A stretch of 64,000 nucleotides of DNA from Eledone cirrhosa. Taxonomy: Eukaryota. The notes under the pieces were generated by a model. It searched no databases. It was not told the origin of the DNA and worked only from the letters and a program-made list of their open reading frames with translations. Location: the NCBI GenBank assembly GCA_964016885.1, contig OZ024741.1, forward strand, positions 346,332,001 to 346,396,000, in the 5' to 3' direction. The translations under genes and the position numbers were made by a program. This document shows positions 46,362-60,630 of the stretch, in pieces. The number at the start of each line of letters is the position of its first letter. Within the stretch, counting starts at the first letter, position 1.

Positions 46362-47282
46362 GTGGTTACACAACAGTTAGTACACCATACCGAGAACAAT
46401 TGTTTCATCTTCGCGGATCTTCAGCTCGGGATGATGTGTATGGTTATAGGAACAGGAAGGACAACCGTACGAACGCGCATGCGCAGAAACTCGGTCACTT
46501 CACACAGGCAATACTAGACTGCGTGTGCGAGGGGGGGGGGGGTGTAAGGGAGATAACTGCGAAAGTCCGGAAAGTTATTTGGTTGAAAATAAAATAAAAA
46601 ATAAAAAATAAAATTACAAAGAATCAGTCCGGAGAATTGTAGTTATGCAATAGATGTTTGGTGACGTGTGGACGACGTGTGAAAAATTCACTTCTCGTGT
46701 TTAGGCAATCACTATTGCGTAATCTCTTTAGGATAGTTATTCGTTCGTCAATACATAAGCCACACGTCGAATTTCCCCTTGCGTATGGCTTGGACTTAGT
46801 GATGGCTTTCTATTGAATGGACTACCCTATACTTTGGTCCTTGAGGGACCACACATGGCTCGCGAGTTTCGTGGATGAACGTCTGTCCGGGTATCTGAAG
46901 ATAGACTGGTGGTTCAGGAAACGCTCCTTGAATCGGCCCTACGCAATGTCCACATAGCATTTGACCTCCTGTGGTTCGTTTGGTCGGTTTGGTGACCACA
47001 GCTTCATAGATTACAGCTGGTGTGTTGCATTGCTGTTGAAGGGGGCAAGCTTCAGGTATACGGCAAGAGCACCCTGGTGGGGTGTTGCTCCTAGGGCTGC
47101 TGGTGATGTGGGCCTTCATGTTCTTAGCGCAGGAGTTTCCTAGTTTAACTTTGTGTCGGTTAAAGATGGAGCGGTATTTATGACCTATGGGGAAGTGTCT
47201 ATCTAAGAGGGCTAGACATGTTTTTCCTACATTGGTTTTAACGTTGAGTGAGAAGGGAGGAGAGAACCAGATAGTTTGTCTA
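46358..47282 (-). mobile_element. Hydra-like PLE 3' fragment
   Basis: [43 protein letters not shown]; related copy 63160-64000. Confidence 0.82.
46390..46429 (-). ncRNA. minimal type I hammerhead ribozyme, family N
   Basis: Minus strand: ccgag CTGAAGA tccgcgaagat GAA ACAATTGT T ctcgg; stem II weak. Confidence 0.68.
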
Positions 47283-47311
47283 GTAAAAATATATATTTAT
47301 ATATATATATG

Positions 47312-47375
<64 letters not shown>

Positions 47376-47457
47376 AATATATATATATATATACGTAAAT
47401 ATATATATATATATACGTAAATATATATATATATATGTAAATATATATATATATATG

Positions 47458-47505
<48 letters not shown>

Positions 47506-47517
47506 AATATATATTTA

Positions 47518-47581
<64 letters not shown>

Positions 47582-47602
47582 TGTAAATATATATACATAT
47601 AT

Positions 47603-47999
47603 ATACGATAGTAAACAAATGGAAACTATATTTATAAAACCATATTTATTTCATTATACATATTTCAGGGATACCATATTAAAATTATGGCATGCCTTCA
47701 TCAGATATAATACAATATATAAACTGTTTTATAAATAATTTTGACGTACCATAAATATAAGCCACCATTAAGGTAGGAAGCTGGCTTGGTAGTGAGGTGT
47801 TTATAATTATTTACTTATAGTGTTAAGCACAGTTAGAAAGAAAGACGGAGTTATAAATATAGTTTATAAAGACGGTTTTATAAATATAGTTTCCATTTGT
47901 TTACTATCGTATATCTACTCCAAAAACTTGTCGAGTGCTTTATATCGGTTATAAAATATTTACTTGTTCTAACCCAACAATTTTAAATAAAACTTTTGC

Positions 48000-48001
<2 letters not shown>
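47603..48001. mobile_element. family-A pLTR-only inverted structure
   Basis: HHR at 47642-47718 (-); 47875-48001 is the pLTR tail on +. Confidence 0.75.
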
Positions 48002-48060
<59 letters not shown>

Positions 48061-48075
48061 TACGCATATTCTATT

Positions 48076-49874
48076 CTTTGAGGCTCATTCATGGTGCCCT
48101 CAACCCTTACGCCCGAGGTCTCTTTTTTTCGGCCGGCCTCACCGCTCTCAGGAAGAAAGAGGTTGGCATACGCCCCATTGCTGTGGGCAATGTCTTCCGG
48201 AGGCTGGCTGCCAAGGTGATCTGCAAGTCCGTCACACACGAACTGGGTGAGGAGTTTAGTCCGGTGCAACTGGGTGTCGGCGTGTCCGGTGGCTGTGAGG
48301 GAGCCTCTTATGCAATCAGGCAGTTCTTCAGCAGCTGCCCATCAGTACCGGCATCCAGGGACTCCAGGCACCTCATAGTCAAGCTTGACATGAGGAATGC
48401 CTTTAACTCTTTACCCCGGGATCATCTTCTCGAGGCCTGCCTCAGCCGAGCCCCCTCTGCCAACCCACTGGCCTACCTGTCATATGTAGACCCGAGCATG
48501 CTCCTAGCTACTGATACGGTCATACCCTCGGCTACTGGGGTCCAACAGGGTGACTCTTTGGGACCCCTCCTGTTCGCCCTTGGTATTGACCACATCGCCC
48601 TGAGTATTTCGGCCCCTCTCAACGTTTGGTATCTGGATGATGCTACGTTGGGCGGGCCCGTACGGACGGTCTGCCAAGACCTTCAATCGGTGATTCCTGC
48701 CCTGGCGGGAATCGGCCTCCAGGGCAACTCGGCCAAGTCGGAGGTGGTGAACGTCAGCCTCGATGCTGCAAGATTTTCACCCTCCGTCTGGGACGTGCGG
48801 TCCATTCTCCGCTAGGTTCAGGTGACCCCCCAAAGGGGATGTCCTCATGCTCGGGTCACCGATCCACTCGCCGGCCATCCGCTCCACCATCAGGTCCAGG
48901 ATTCAACAGCATCAGACTCTCACGAGCCGACTGAGCTTGATTGACGGCCACCCAGCTCTCTTTCTGCTGAGGAACTGCTTCGCCATGCCGAAGCTCCTCT
49001 ATACACTCCGCAGCGCTCCATGCTACACCCAGACATCTCTCCTCGCTGATCTCGATACTTGTTTCTGAGCAGCAGCCCAGGGGATATGCAACGTCATAGG
49101 GTGGCAACGACATAGGGTGGCAACAAGCCACTTTACCGGTCAGGTATGGCGGCCTAGGCCTCCGATCCCCGATCTCACTAGCTTTGCCGGCGTATCTTTC
49201 GTCGGTAACCTCGTGCCACGTCCTCGTCAGCAGGGTTCTTCAAAACACAACAGAACCCTCTGTGTTCAGAGAACGTGAGGCCGCCTGTGAGACGTGGGAC
49301 CGGGTGGGACTTAGCCCAGTAGACGTATCTCCTCATTCTTCCCCTGTTGATTTCAAGTCCCCCCAACGCACTTGGGATGCCATCCAGTGAAGCCTAGCCT
49401 CAGACAGGCTCACGCGCCAGCTCGACCAGCACCGCCTTGCTTGTTTTCGTGCGGCCTCCAAACCCCACAGTGGTGCCTGTCTCCATGCTCTACCCGCCTT
49501 CTCCACTGGCACGCAGCTAGACAACTATAGCCTGCGAATCGGCGTTTCCCTGAGGTTCGGCCTCCGGATCTGCCAGCCACACCCATGTCGCTGCGGTTCC
49601 CCCGTGGACTCTTTGGGCCTCCACCCGCTTTCCTGTCGCCACAGTGCCGGCTGCATTCCACCCATACTGCCCTCAACGAGGTCATTAAGCATGGCTTGGA
49701 CGCTGCAGGCTTCCCGTCCCAGCTCGAGCCGGTGGGGCTGGATCGAGGGGACGGCAAAAGGCCAGATGGCATGACCATCTTCCCGTTCCGCGGTGGCAAA
49801 CCCCTCGTCTGGGATGCCACATGCACCGACACTTTCTGCAGCCGCAACCTGGTGCAGTCTGCGACTGACCCAGG
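48076..49874 (+). mobile_element. CRE-like non-LTR retrotransposon (RT plus restriction-like endonuclease), decayed
   Basis: GIRPIAVG..RRLAAK, QLGVG, KLDMRNAFNS, GVQQGD.LGPLLF, WYLDD, GGLGL; C-terminal LNEVI..EP..GKRPDGMT..WDAT. Confidence 0.85.
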
Positions 49875-50404
49875 TTAAATACCATTCTTTCATCGTTACA
49901 ACTTATATCCACATTAATGACGTATTATCTTTGTTGTCAGTGATAGAGAGAGGCTGAGCCAGCAACTGATTACCATCTAATTATCTGCAACTTGAGACAA
50001 CTTAATGTCCCCCAAAACCACGAAACTGGCAGTTCTAGGCGACCTACAAGATAAAGTGTGAGAGTTGGTTGATAAGAAGGTCAGAACCATGTTTGCAGAT
50101 ATTAAAGCATCCAAATGTAGGAATCCCTGAGAAAACAGAGGATGTTGAATCAGAGTGAAGACTGCTCAGCTCAGTAGTTTCTGCTTCAGTTTTTAAATGT
50201 TAGGGGCAAAGGAAGTTTGGTGTTGCACCGCATGGCAGGGGGACTTCTTGTTTCAATCAAGAGATCAAAGATGCCCTTCGAACAAAGGGAGGAGGCCTAC
50301 AAAGCTTGGCTTGAAACTAAGTCTTTTTTTTGTACTTGCGGCACAAGCAGGCACGAGTAATTGCAGCAGAGACAATAAAGACACCCACCCCAAATCAAGA
50401 CATA

Positions 50405-50438
<34 letters not shown>

Positions 50439-50731
50439 GGTGGCCCAAAAGTTACACAGGGGTTTTAGTTTCGATTAACATCGTGATTTGTACATATTGA
50501 TGTATGAAATTTTGATACAATTTGACGGACATAACGGAAATTATTTTGCACTTGTAAATTCTTATCACACCTCTACATTACTTATGAAAAATTACATCCT
50601 TCAAATGGCGGCCATGCGATCGCTAGTCGCCGTTGTTTATTCACAATTGAAAATAACATGTAAAACTAGTGTGGAAGCTTCAATTAAAATTTTTATATTT
50701 CTATTAATGCATCTTCAACAACCAATAATTT

Positions 50732-50825
<94 letters not shown>

Positions 50826-51342
50826 CATATATATATGATAGATAATTGGTGGTTATATACGTATATATATGATAAATAATTAACACATATATTAAAATTT
50901 TAATTGAAGCTTCCACACTAATTTTACATTTTATTTTCAATTGTGAATAAACTAGTATGAACCTTTTTACAAGATTGGAAAGACATGAATCATTTTTGTA
51001 CGAATAAAATTCGAACAACGTTCAAATGTTCAATAAATTTCATGCTAGAGCAGCAAATGTTCAAATGTTTAATAAGTTTCTAAGCAATTCTGCATGACGG
51101 AAACATAAGTTCTGTGAATGATAATAACAATAAAACGGTATACTAAGAGAAACATGACAAAACTTTTAAAATAAAAGAATTTACATGTGTCTTGTGATGC
51201 ACAGACGAAAGTTTTGTCTCTGAATCTTCAAATAATATATGTATACAAAACATTTAATCGATAACAATCAATAAAAAGCGTGTATCTGTTGTATAGAAAC
51301 CACCACTCTGATTTACACACACCGCAAATAATCATACCTGGG

Positions 51343-51393
<51 letters not shown>

Positions 51394-51398
51394 ATTTT

Positions 51399-51442
<44 letters not shown>

Positions 51443-51450
51443 ATTTTGTT

Positions 51451-51484
<34 letters not shown>

Positions 51485-54189
51485 TATATATATATAATAA
51501 TTTTGTTTATATATATATATATATATATATATAAACAAAATTATTTAAAATGTTTCATTTGTTCATTACTGTCGGTCTCTGTATCAGTATATACATACAA
51601 ACACAGATATATTTTTATTTTGTCTATATTCAACGTGAAACGCTTTGACTTACAATGATATTGTTTGAAATCAATATTTTTTTGACACTGACATGTAACT
51701 ACAGGAAACCTCGAACTTGCTTTGCTATAATTCGAAGTATGGACGAGCGGCAAACAGCAGGTGTTAGTTCGTGTCCTCAGTTCTCTCTGTTAATGCTAAC
51801 ATGTGATATGATTACGTAGGGTGTTTCTTTCCTGGATCAAGGCTCAGTGAATGAACTATAAATAAAAGCAAATAGTTTAAATTCATGAGAAATGGTATAT
51901 ATAGGTAATATTCCATTTGAATGATTTTAGAATAATGGGAATTAGTTGAAGAAAGGTTATTATACCATTTACTACATTAGATGTGCAGTAATCATTGTAA
52001 TGATAATGAAATGGGGCAGCACAATATAAGTTATGTATAACTATATGAATGATATAAAATAAGCGCTAGTGTTTGTTGTAGCACTTTAAATCAACAGCCA
52101 TGATCGATCTGTTGTATAAGGAAAAGCGATCCAACCAAGACATTCGTATCTCGATTTCCAGATATGCTCTATATTTAAGCTGTTGTATAAGGGTCGGGTG
52201 GAATTTAAAGGAAAAATCCGCTGCTATTTTCAGCAGGTCGAATAAAATCATAGAGGTGTACACATTTCTCCTGTTGGGTGTAATAAGTAAAACATAGAAC
52301 AAAAGCTGATTGGAAATTCATTTGCTTCATGCTGTCTAGAATTAAGTAACTTTTCTAAAATTCACAACCTCATAAGAACATAAGTACTATAATCTCTTAA
52401 TAAGATTATACCTTCCCCACTTAGTATTTCGTATCAACATGGTGAAACGAGAGACAAAAATTAAAATCCGTTGGTCAGTTGTTCATAATTTAGGAAGACG
52501 CGATCTAAGTGTTGATTCCATTTTCAAGACTTTTGAGATGGTTCTGACAGAATGTAGACAAAAGAGGTCAAAGCATCACCCTGAAACCAACGAAAAATAA
52601 TGAATTATACGAAGTGGAATATTGCAAAAATAGAATTATATCGATTAGTAAGAAAAGAAAATTGAAAACAAAAAAGAAGGCAATAAACATATAATATTGA
52701 AATGGGTAGGAGAGTGGAAAACAGGAAAGAGAAGACCGAATATGACAGACATGGGGAAAATTTATTCCTACAATATATCTATTTTTGACAAGTTATTTTA
52801 TAATAGAGTCGTCAGTGATCAATTTTACAAGATATAATGCAGTCAATTAAAGGATTAATGGTTCACATCACAGCAAAAACGGAGCCATCTACCCAGGACC
52901 ATCTCATCTTTATTTTAGCTGTCCTTATCAATTTAATTGTTATGCGGCAACATGCGAAGATATAACTTGCAGTTTTAAGACGAGTCTCACACTGTATAAT
53001 TGCTAAATGTGCACAGAATCGTTTTTATTTGCAACTCAAGCTACATGGAAAATAATGCATTGTTATAGAAATTTTGAAAGCGATTCAGGTATTGATATTT
53101 TAAGGCGAATCATACTGGTGTCATTAACGATTGTTTCTATATTCTAATTCGTAACATGTTAAAACAATTTAGGAAAGTAAAACAACAACTACACCAACAA
53201 CAACAACAGCAACAACAACAACAACAACGATATTAACAATAGCAACTACAAAGATCAAAATAAGTTCCAAATCTCAGAGCAGAACCACGAGTTACTGATA
53301 TTTGATACCATAAATACCTGACGTGGTTTGTTACTGTCTTCATCTATTCAAGCGCTCCAAATAATATATGATTTATCACATTTTTGATAATCCAATCACT
53401 GAATGTGTTTGGTATGATCGTCGAAGAGGTCGATTAATTTTCGTCTGTCTGACGCTTTTCCTTAGCACTTCATTTCACACAACCGTTAATTCGCAAATTT
53501 AATTTATGGTCTGTAGTATTATTTTCAAATTATTATTATTAGTTTGTATTTGATGCTGATGATGTCGAATTTGCCACGGAATAAAATCTCTTGAAGCAGT
53601 TCCTCCTTCATTTCATGAATATATTTCTTTGCTTTAACGGAAGTTAGATTTATTGTGTTTTCCGTATTGGTAATATTAATCAATCGAAGAGGCGATGAGA
53701 TTAATTAATATATAGCTTTACCCATATGAGGGGGAGATATTTAGGTAATTGTTATTTATTTCTGCTTTCAATATCAAGTATAACTTTCAGCTTGGTGTCC
53801 AAGGTGATGATAGAATCCGATTTGGCATACCGTGCCAGCGAACATCCTATCTAGCCCAAGAGAACAGAAAATGTGAATATTATGAACAATTACTAAACTG
53901 GCAGCGGCAATTCTGCTATTAACACTAATGTTAACTCATCTATTAACAAAAATAAATATACTAGGAACAAAAAGGCATTTAGATATAACATTTAGATAAA
54001 AACGGAAAGGGAGAAGAGAGATGAGCAAATGTGACAAATGGTGGGGAGTGCTACGAACAACAATCAAATTGCTAATATAAAAAAACTCGGCGACTTGACT
54101 TTTTAGAAACAGCAGCCAAATCTGAATTAAAATCCGTTTTAAAATTAGAATAATATAAACACTTAGAATAATATAATGATTTATAGTAT

Positions 54190-54593
54190 AGGCACAAGGC
54201 CAGTAATTTGGTGGGAGGGGAAAGTAGATTAAATCGATCCCAGTACGTTACTGGTGCGTTATTTTCTCGACCACGTAATGATCAAAGGCAAAGTTAACCT
54301 CAGCGGGATTACAACCGTAAATGACCATAACTCTATGCTGCAAAGCATGGTGTCCAACTCTCTAGCGACACTGACAATTCACCGCCCTCACTTTGGATAA
54401 TATAATTGTTTCTATTTTTTGGCACAAGGCCAGCAATTACACAGTACATTACTGGCACTTTATTTTATCGACGCTGTAAGGATGAAAGGCAAAGTTAACC
54501 TCGGCAGGATTTGAACTCAGATCATAAAGGGACGTAACTCTATGCTTCAAAGCATGGTGTACGACTCTCTACCGATACTGCCAATCCACCGCC
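54190..54593 (-). mobile_element. two tandem SINE copies
   Basis: 54190-54387 and 54402-54593, separated and flanked by a ttggataatataat-like target repeat. Confidence 0.85.
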
Positions 54594-55161
54594 CTTGGAT
54601 AGTATAATGCAAGATATATTGTCGAAATAGAGGTTATGTTGTCCAAGGACACATGCTTAATTATGACTGACCAAAATCTAAATAACAAGAGACTATTTGC
54701 AAAAGGTGGCAGTGGTTAGATGAAATGACTTCATAGTGGCAATAAAATGTTGCACAAATTAAAATGCCGATTACAAGGATGGAACGAGAAAGATTATACA
54801 TCGTCCTTCGACTTATTACAAATAACTGTAAAATCCTATCAAATTAAGCCTTATTGTCTTTAAAAGAAAGGGACACATTGATGAATACAGTCCGAGAAAT
54901 ATAAAAAGACAGAATAGGTGGTGATATCTGAAATGCCATGTCTGATCAAATTAAAAATAACAACGAATTTTAGAAATATATTGTATGATAGGATTTTGAT
55001 ATCAACACCGAACAAAATAGAAAGAGCCCGGCAATATGATGACGGTCGAGGAAATGGAAAATAACGAGATAATGAAATTGCCCTCAAAAACTCGAAATGC
55101 CAAAATTCAAATCATACTACATACGTCCCTTGTACTTTTTGCATAAATCATTCAAAATTAT

Positions 55162-55870
55162 CTTCTTCTTCTTCTTCTTCTTCTTCTTCTTCTTCTTCTT
55201 CTTCTTCTTCTTCTTCTTCTTCTTCTTCTTCTTCTTCTTCGCCCACTCATATCCCGTTCATAAAAGTAATCAACAGAAGAGGTGACAGTACGCAGCCTTG
55301 GCGGATTCCGACTCCCGAATTGAAATGTTTCGATTTAGCACCATTTATCGTAACACAAGCATTCGTATAGACACATCGGGACAGTAAGAAGCTGACCATC
55401 TATAACATACTCCCGCATAAACTTCCACAGCAGGTACCGAGGAACGCAGTCATATGCCTTTTCGAGGTCTACAAAACAAGAATATATGTCTTGGCAATAC
55501 TCCCACATTGTGAATATCTGGTCGGCTGTGGTGCGTCCGGGGCGAGACCCGCACTGTTCATCAGTTAGCTTTGACTCGACAATTTCCCTGTATCTCTTTG
55601 CCTGACACTTAACATAGACGTTACGGAGGTGTCTTAACAAAGAAATCCCTCTATAACTGGAACAATTTCTCTCGTCTCACATTTTGGAAATTACTATTAT
55701 CTCTCTCCCGATTGCCATTGCTTAGGTGCCTTTCCAGAGACAGGCTACCCGGCACATACGAGTCAGCCAGCTTTAAGGCTTTTAACGTGTCGGATGTAAT
55801 TTCTACTTCCCCAACGACGTTGTCACATTCAAGCTCTTTAACTGTTCTTGTGACCTCAGACTCTAATAGA
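55162..55870 (-). mobile_element. RTE-type LINE RT fragment adjoining (GAA)n
   Basis: EQCGSRPGRTTADQIF, CFVDLEKAYD.VPR, GIRQGCVLSPLL; (CTT)n at 55162-55240. Confidence 0.8.
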
Positions 55871-55960
55871 GTTTCTTTTAAAATATTAGAATTAATATTT
55901 TGTAATGTGTTATGAGTAGCGATTGCAGCGTATAATGTATATAATTCGTGCATATTATTA

Positions 55961-56342
55961 GGTGAATTGGCAGTATCGGTATAGGGTTGGACGCCATGCT
56001 TTCTAGCATAGTTACGTCCCTTTACAGTCTGAGTTCAAATCCCGCCGAGGTTAACTTTGCCTTTCATCCTTACGGGGTCGATAAAATAAAGTACCAGTAA
56101 TGTACTGGGTAATTGCTGGCCTTGTGCCTGAAGTAGAAACAATTATTAGGCGATGGATTGGCAATATCAGTGGAGGGTCGGACACCATGCTTTGCAGCAT
56201 AGAGTTACGGCCCTTTGCGGTCTGAGTTCAAATCCCGCCGAGGTTAACTTTGCCTTTCATCCTTACGGGGGTCGATAAAATAAAGCACCCGTAATGCACT
56301 GGGATAATTGCTGGCCTTGTGCCAAAAGCAGAAACAATTATT
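55961..56342 (+). mobile_element. two tandem SINE copies
   Basis: 55961-56146 and 56149-56342. Confidence 0.88.
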
Positions 56343-57671
56343 GCAGTAAATACAAAATTTCAGAGAACTACTTGCATTATAAACCATAACCATTATATAT
56401 AATTTCGATATTGTAGCGAAATATATTGATATAATATATGTTAATCATAGTGGCAACATATGTAATACATCAGACAACACCTTTTGTAACTAATTGGTAG
56501 AAGTGGTAGATTTCATGGCTTTTAAAGACCCACCACTACCGATTAACTTGATGCCTAGGGGGTTCTACATGGATTAAGGCAAATCTACTTTTGGAAATAT
56601 ATAAATTAGGGAGGACTGTTAAATCCAGCTACACTAGGGTTTGGGTAGGAAGTCTTGGTGTAGCTCTTTGTGCAGGATATAAGGCGTTGGGCAGAAAAGG
56701 AGTTATAAGAGCGAGAAAAATGGGTGAGGGATATTGCTATTTAATATCAGTTTCATAATGAATTGAGAATGAAGTGAGAATGATACATGTTTATATTTTA
56801 ATCTCCAATAGTTAGGAATTATAATTAAATTGCTCTGTATAAACTAGTGGTGGATTGGTAAACAATAACGTCTTTAATACCAGGACTGAAAAAATATAGC
56901 TAAATAAATGGAATCAAATATTTTGGAGATTTAACTCTTAAGTTAGATAAAAATGATTCATCAACCGTGAAATTGGTTGCAAAAGTGCTGATAAAATTGC
57001 ATTAACCTTATAATATTTTAATAGGTTCATAAAAGTATACAAGTATACATACAGGCCGAAATACATGCACACACATACACACACGCACGCACGCGCGCAC
57101 ACACACACACATATATATATATATACATAGAGAGAGAGATAATATATATATACGCGTGTGTGCGTATGTGTATGTATGTTATTTGCACACACTCACAAAC
57201 ACACAAACACACACACATAAATATACATATACGTGGGTGTGTGTGTATGCATGCATATATTTAGGCGTGTATACTTCTATGAAGATATTAAAATATTATA
57301 TGGTAACACAAGTTCATCAGCACATATTGGAAACAAATTGCTGAATGAATAACACGCGTGTTTTTTCTTAAATTTTTTCCTCTTGTCCCTCTCTATTTTT
57401 CTATATCATCACTTATTTCTCATTCTATTTTCTAATGAAGGGCTAGTGTCCGAAACGTTGGGACACATTTCCTATTATTTCAAGTGCTAAACTAATATAT
57501 TTATTCATTGTAATGTGTTGTTTGCATTGGTATTTCTGTTTACCTTATATATATATATATATAAACAATGAGTTATTTAATTTGTTGGTTATTCAACAAA
57601 TTTAAATTATTCAAACAGAACTCAAAACGATACGTTCTTGTTTTGAATATGTCACTATCTGTAAAGGAACT

Positions 57672-57775
57672 TTTATATTATATCTGATGAGAGCGTACCA
57701 AAAATGTTGGTACCCTTGAAATATATAAAATAAAATAAATATGGTTTTATAAAGATAGTTTTCATTTATTAATAT
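57672..57775 (+). ncRNA. degenerate family-A HHR/pLTR
   Basis: CTGATGA gagcgtaccaa..ttggtaccctt GAAAtatata followed by the pLTR tail. Confidence 0.55.
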
Positions 57776-57799
57776 TAATATTCATTTATTAATATTAAC

Positions 57800-60511
57800 C
57801 TGCCGTCGCAGGTCGATGAACAAACAGAAGCACAATTTAATATAGCTAGATCTAAACTTAGAAATATTATCGAACAGTATACCAAGAAACAACATAGAAT
57901 GGAGGCCCAGCAACTGGGAGAAAAATCTGCAAATGGCTTGCGTAAGCTCATGCAGCGCTCGCGTAATGGAGAGATTGCATGCTTTCCAACAGACAAGTCT
58001 GGCACAATGTCTGGCACAATGTCAAACTACATCCAGCCAATGCAACTCCACATCACTAACACAAGAGAAGTAACACCACAAGAGCATGAGGATAGGGAGA
58101 AAACCCTCAACGTTCATATGATGATGTGGACAAACATAATGCAGCCAAATAAACGGACTGCCAACAACTTCCAAGACTGGAACAATGACGTTCCAGCACT
58201 GTATGGGCTTCGAAAAGACCATAAGACGAACAGTGACCCAGTCACAGGACCACCAACACGGCCAGTCTGTGGAGCTAACATTTCTAGTAACTACAGACTT
58301 TCCTACTTCCTCTCCCTGATCGTACGTCCCATCATTGAAATGTCCACGGATATATTTGACAGCACAGATGACCTCATCAGCAGAATCAGCGAAAATAACC
58401 GATCAAGGGACCTAACAGACTGTATAATAGGTAGTATGGATGTTGTGTCCCTATACCCATCCATTGGATTTTGCTGTGGAGAAATCCGTGGAAATGATCA
58501 GTGAGAGCAATGTTGAATTCCATGGGATTGATACCAGTGAGCTGGTACTCCTACTTAAACTCACATATAATAATGATTATCTAGATACATATGACCTTAG
58601 CAATCTCTGCCCCACAAGGCCAGCAAGAGGCAGATCACATACCATTACCTCAATGGCCAAGAAAACCCACACAGAAAGATGGAACGAGTGAACCAGAGCC
58701 ATACGGGGCCCCGACAACCATGATGAACTGAAGAAAATTATTGCACATGCGGTGAAGGCCAGTATAAAACTAACCCTTAAGGAACATATGTTCAAATTTA
58801 ATGGAAAAACATATGCCCAAGAGGAGGGAGCAGCCATTGGTGTTAGCATTGCAGGTGACATAGCTAATCTATTCATGGTATGGTGGGACAATAAACTTAA
58901 AGAACAATTAGAAGACAGCAACCTCTTAACCCTGATAATGTACTCTCGCTACGTTGATGATATAAACATCGTAGTAAAAACACCCCCACTAGAGAACAGT
59001 CAGGAATTAAAGAAAAACACCATGGGAAGCATCCAGCAAATAGCTAACTCTATGCACCAGAGTATTAGGGTTACTATAGACTACCCAAGCAAACACCCCA
59101 ACCATCGATTACCTGTACTAGACACAGACCTCTGGTTAGAAACGATTAATAACAAAAGACAAATCCTCCATTCCCATTATGCCAAACCCATGACTTCCAA
59201 ATATCTGATCCACCGAAACTCAGCTGTTTCGGATCACACCAAAATCAACATACTGATTGCGGATTTAGTACGGGTGATGAGAAACGTGTCCCGCATGTGC
59301 AACCCCAAAGAACTAGAGAGACACATACAACACTTCACCCACCGTATGCAGATCTCTGGTTACAATCCGAGATATAAAATCAGAGTATATAGAGGAGCCA
59401 GAACCAAATAGGAAAAATGGTAAATAATGATACAAATGGGACCTGCCCCTTGTATAAGAGCAAATTTTGGAATAGAATAGAAAGAACTAGGAATAAGGTT
59501 AATAGAATAAACTCATGGTATGACAGCAATAAATACCACAGTGTAATGTTCATCAATACAACCCCTAGAGGTGAATTAGCTTACAAATTTAGAAGGGCCC
59601 TAGATAAACTTAAACTCAAAATTAAGATAGTAGAAAGACCAGATACCTCCATAAAAACACTTATTAGTAATACATACTCTTTTCAAAGACCTCTCTGTAT
59701 AGATAAGAAATGTATAATCTGTAAACTAAGCCCCCATATTAACTATAAAACTAGAAATATAGTATATAGCTTTAGATGTAGTGAAGGACAATGTAAATAT
59801 AAGAATATAGTGTACATAGGGGAGACAGCTCGTAGTATAGGAGAACGATTAAATGAACACTGGCGAGAGCTTCATGATAGAAAAGATTCATCAGTACTCC
59901 ACCAACATGCTAAAATAGAACATAAGGGAAAATTAGAGAACATAGAAATAAAAATAAAATCTACGCACAGAAAAGACGCAATGTTTAGACAAATCACAGA
60001 GGCAATAAACATAAATGAACTCCAACCAAAATTAAATAGAAACATGAAGGCAATTGCTATTGCCTTCATGTTTTCTATTTAATTTCAACTTACAACTCAC
60101 CACTTACAATTAAGGACAAAATGAAAACACACACCCATAGAACAAACAACCAACCAGCAACATGTAAATAAACAAATAAATAAACAAATAAAAATACACA
60201 CAGACACCCGGATGTAACACATGCGCAAACTAAGCACACAACACACACAAAAACAAGATGGCGTAGGACAGAACAAAGGAGAGGCACAAAACAAAGAGAA
60301 GACTTCCCAGTCACTGAAGAGGTCACAGAATGTGTGACGAAAGAACTTTGACAATATATGAACAACCGTCCGGTTGTGGAACCAACCAACCAACCAACCA
60401 GAAAGTTATACATTTTTAAATTTATAATTTAATTTATAATAAATTCGAGTGAAAGCACTGGTGCGTGTGTTTCTTATTGGCAACATGACACTCCCAAAGT
60501 ATAATAATATA
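57800..60511 (+). mobile_element. Penelope-like element (Nematis-like), near full RT plus GIY-YIG, disabled
   Basis: TDKSG, LYGLRKDHK, TRPVCGA, MDVVSLYPSI, GAAIG, RYVDD, LPVLD, NIVY..VYIGETARS..R..EH; frameshift and stops; HHR-bearing 3' end. Confidence 0.92.
60309..60352 (+). ncRNA. minimal type I hammerhead ribozyme, family E
   Basis: agtca CTGAAGA ggtcacagaatgtgtgac GAA AGAACT T tgac. Confidence 0.75.
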
Positions 60512-60564
60512 GGTTTCAACACACATTTTCAGATAAAGAATCTTGCTAAACAAATTCAGAAACG

Positions 60565-60626
<62 letters not shown>

Positions 60627-60630
<4 letters not shown>

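Noticed and set aside
50433-50620. Tc1/mariner-like terminal sequence tacatggtggcccaaaagt
   Set aside because: No partner TIR or transposase visible
57430-57465. HHR-like ctaatga..ccgaaacgtt
   Set aside because: G5 is mutated and stem I is absent
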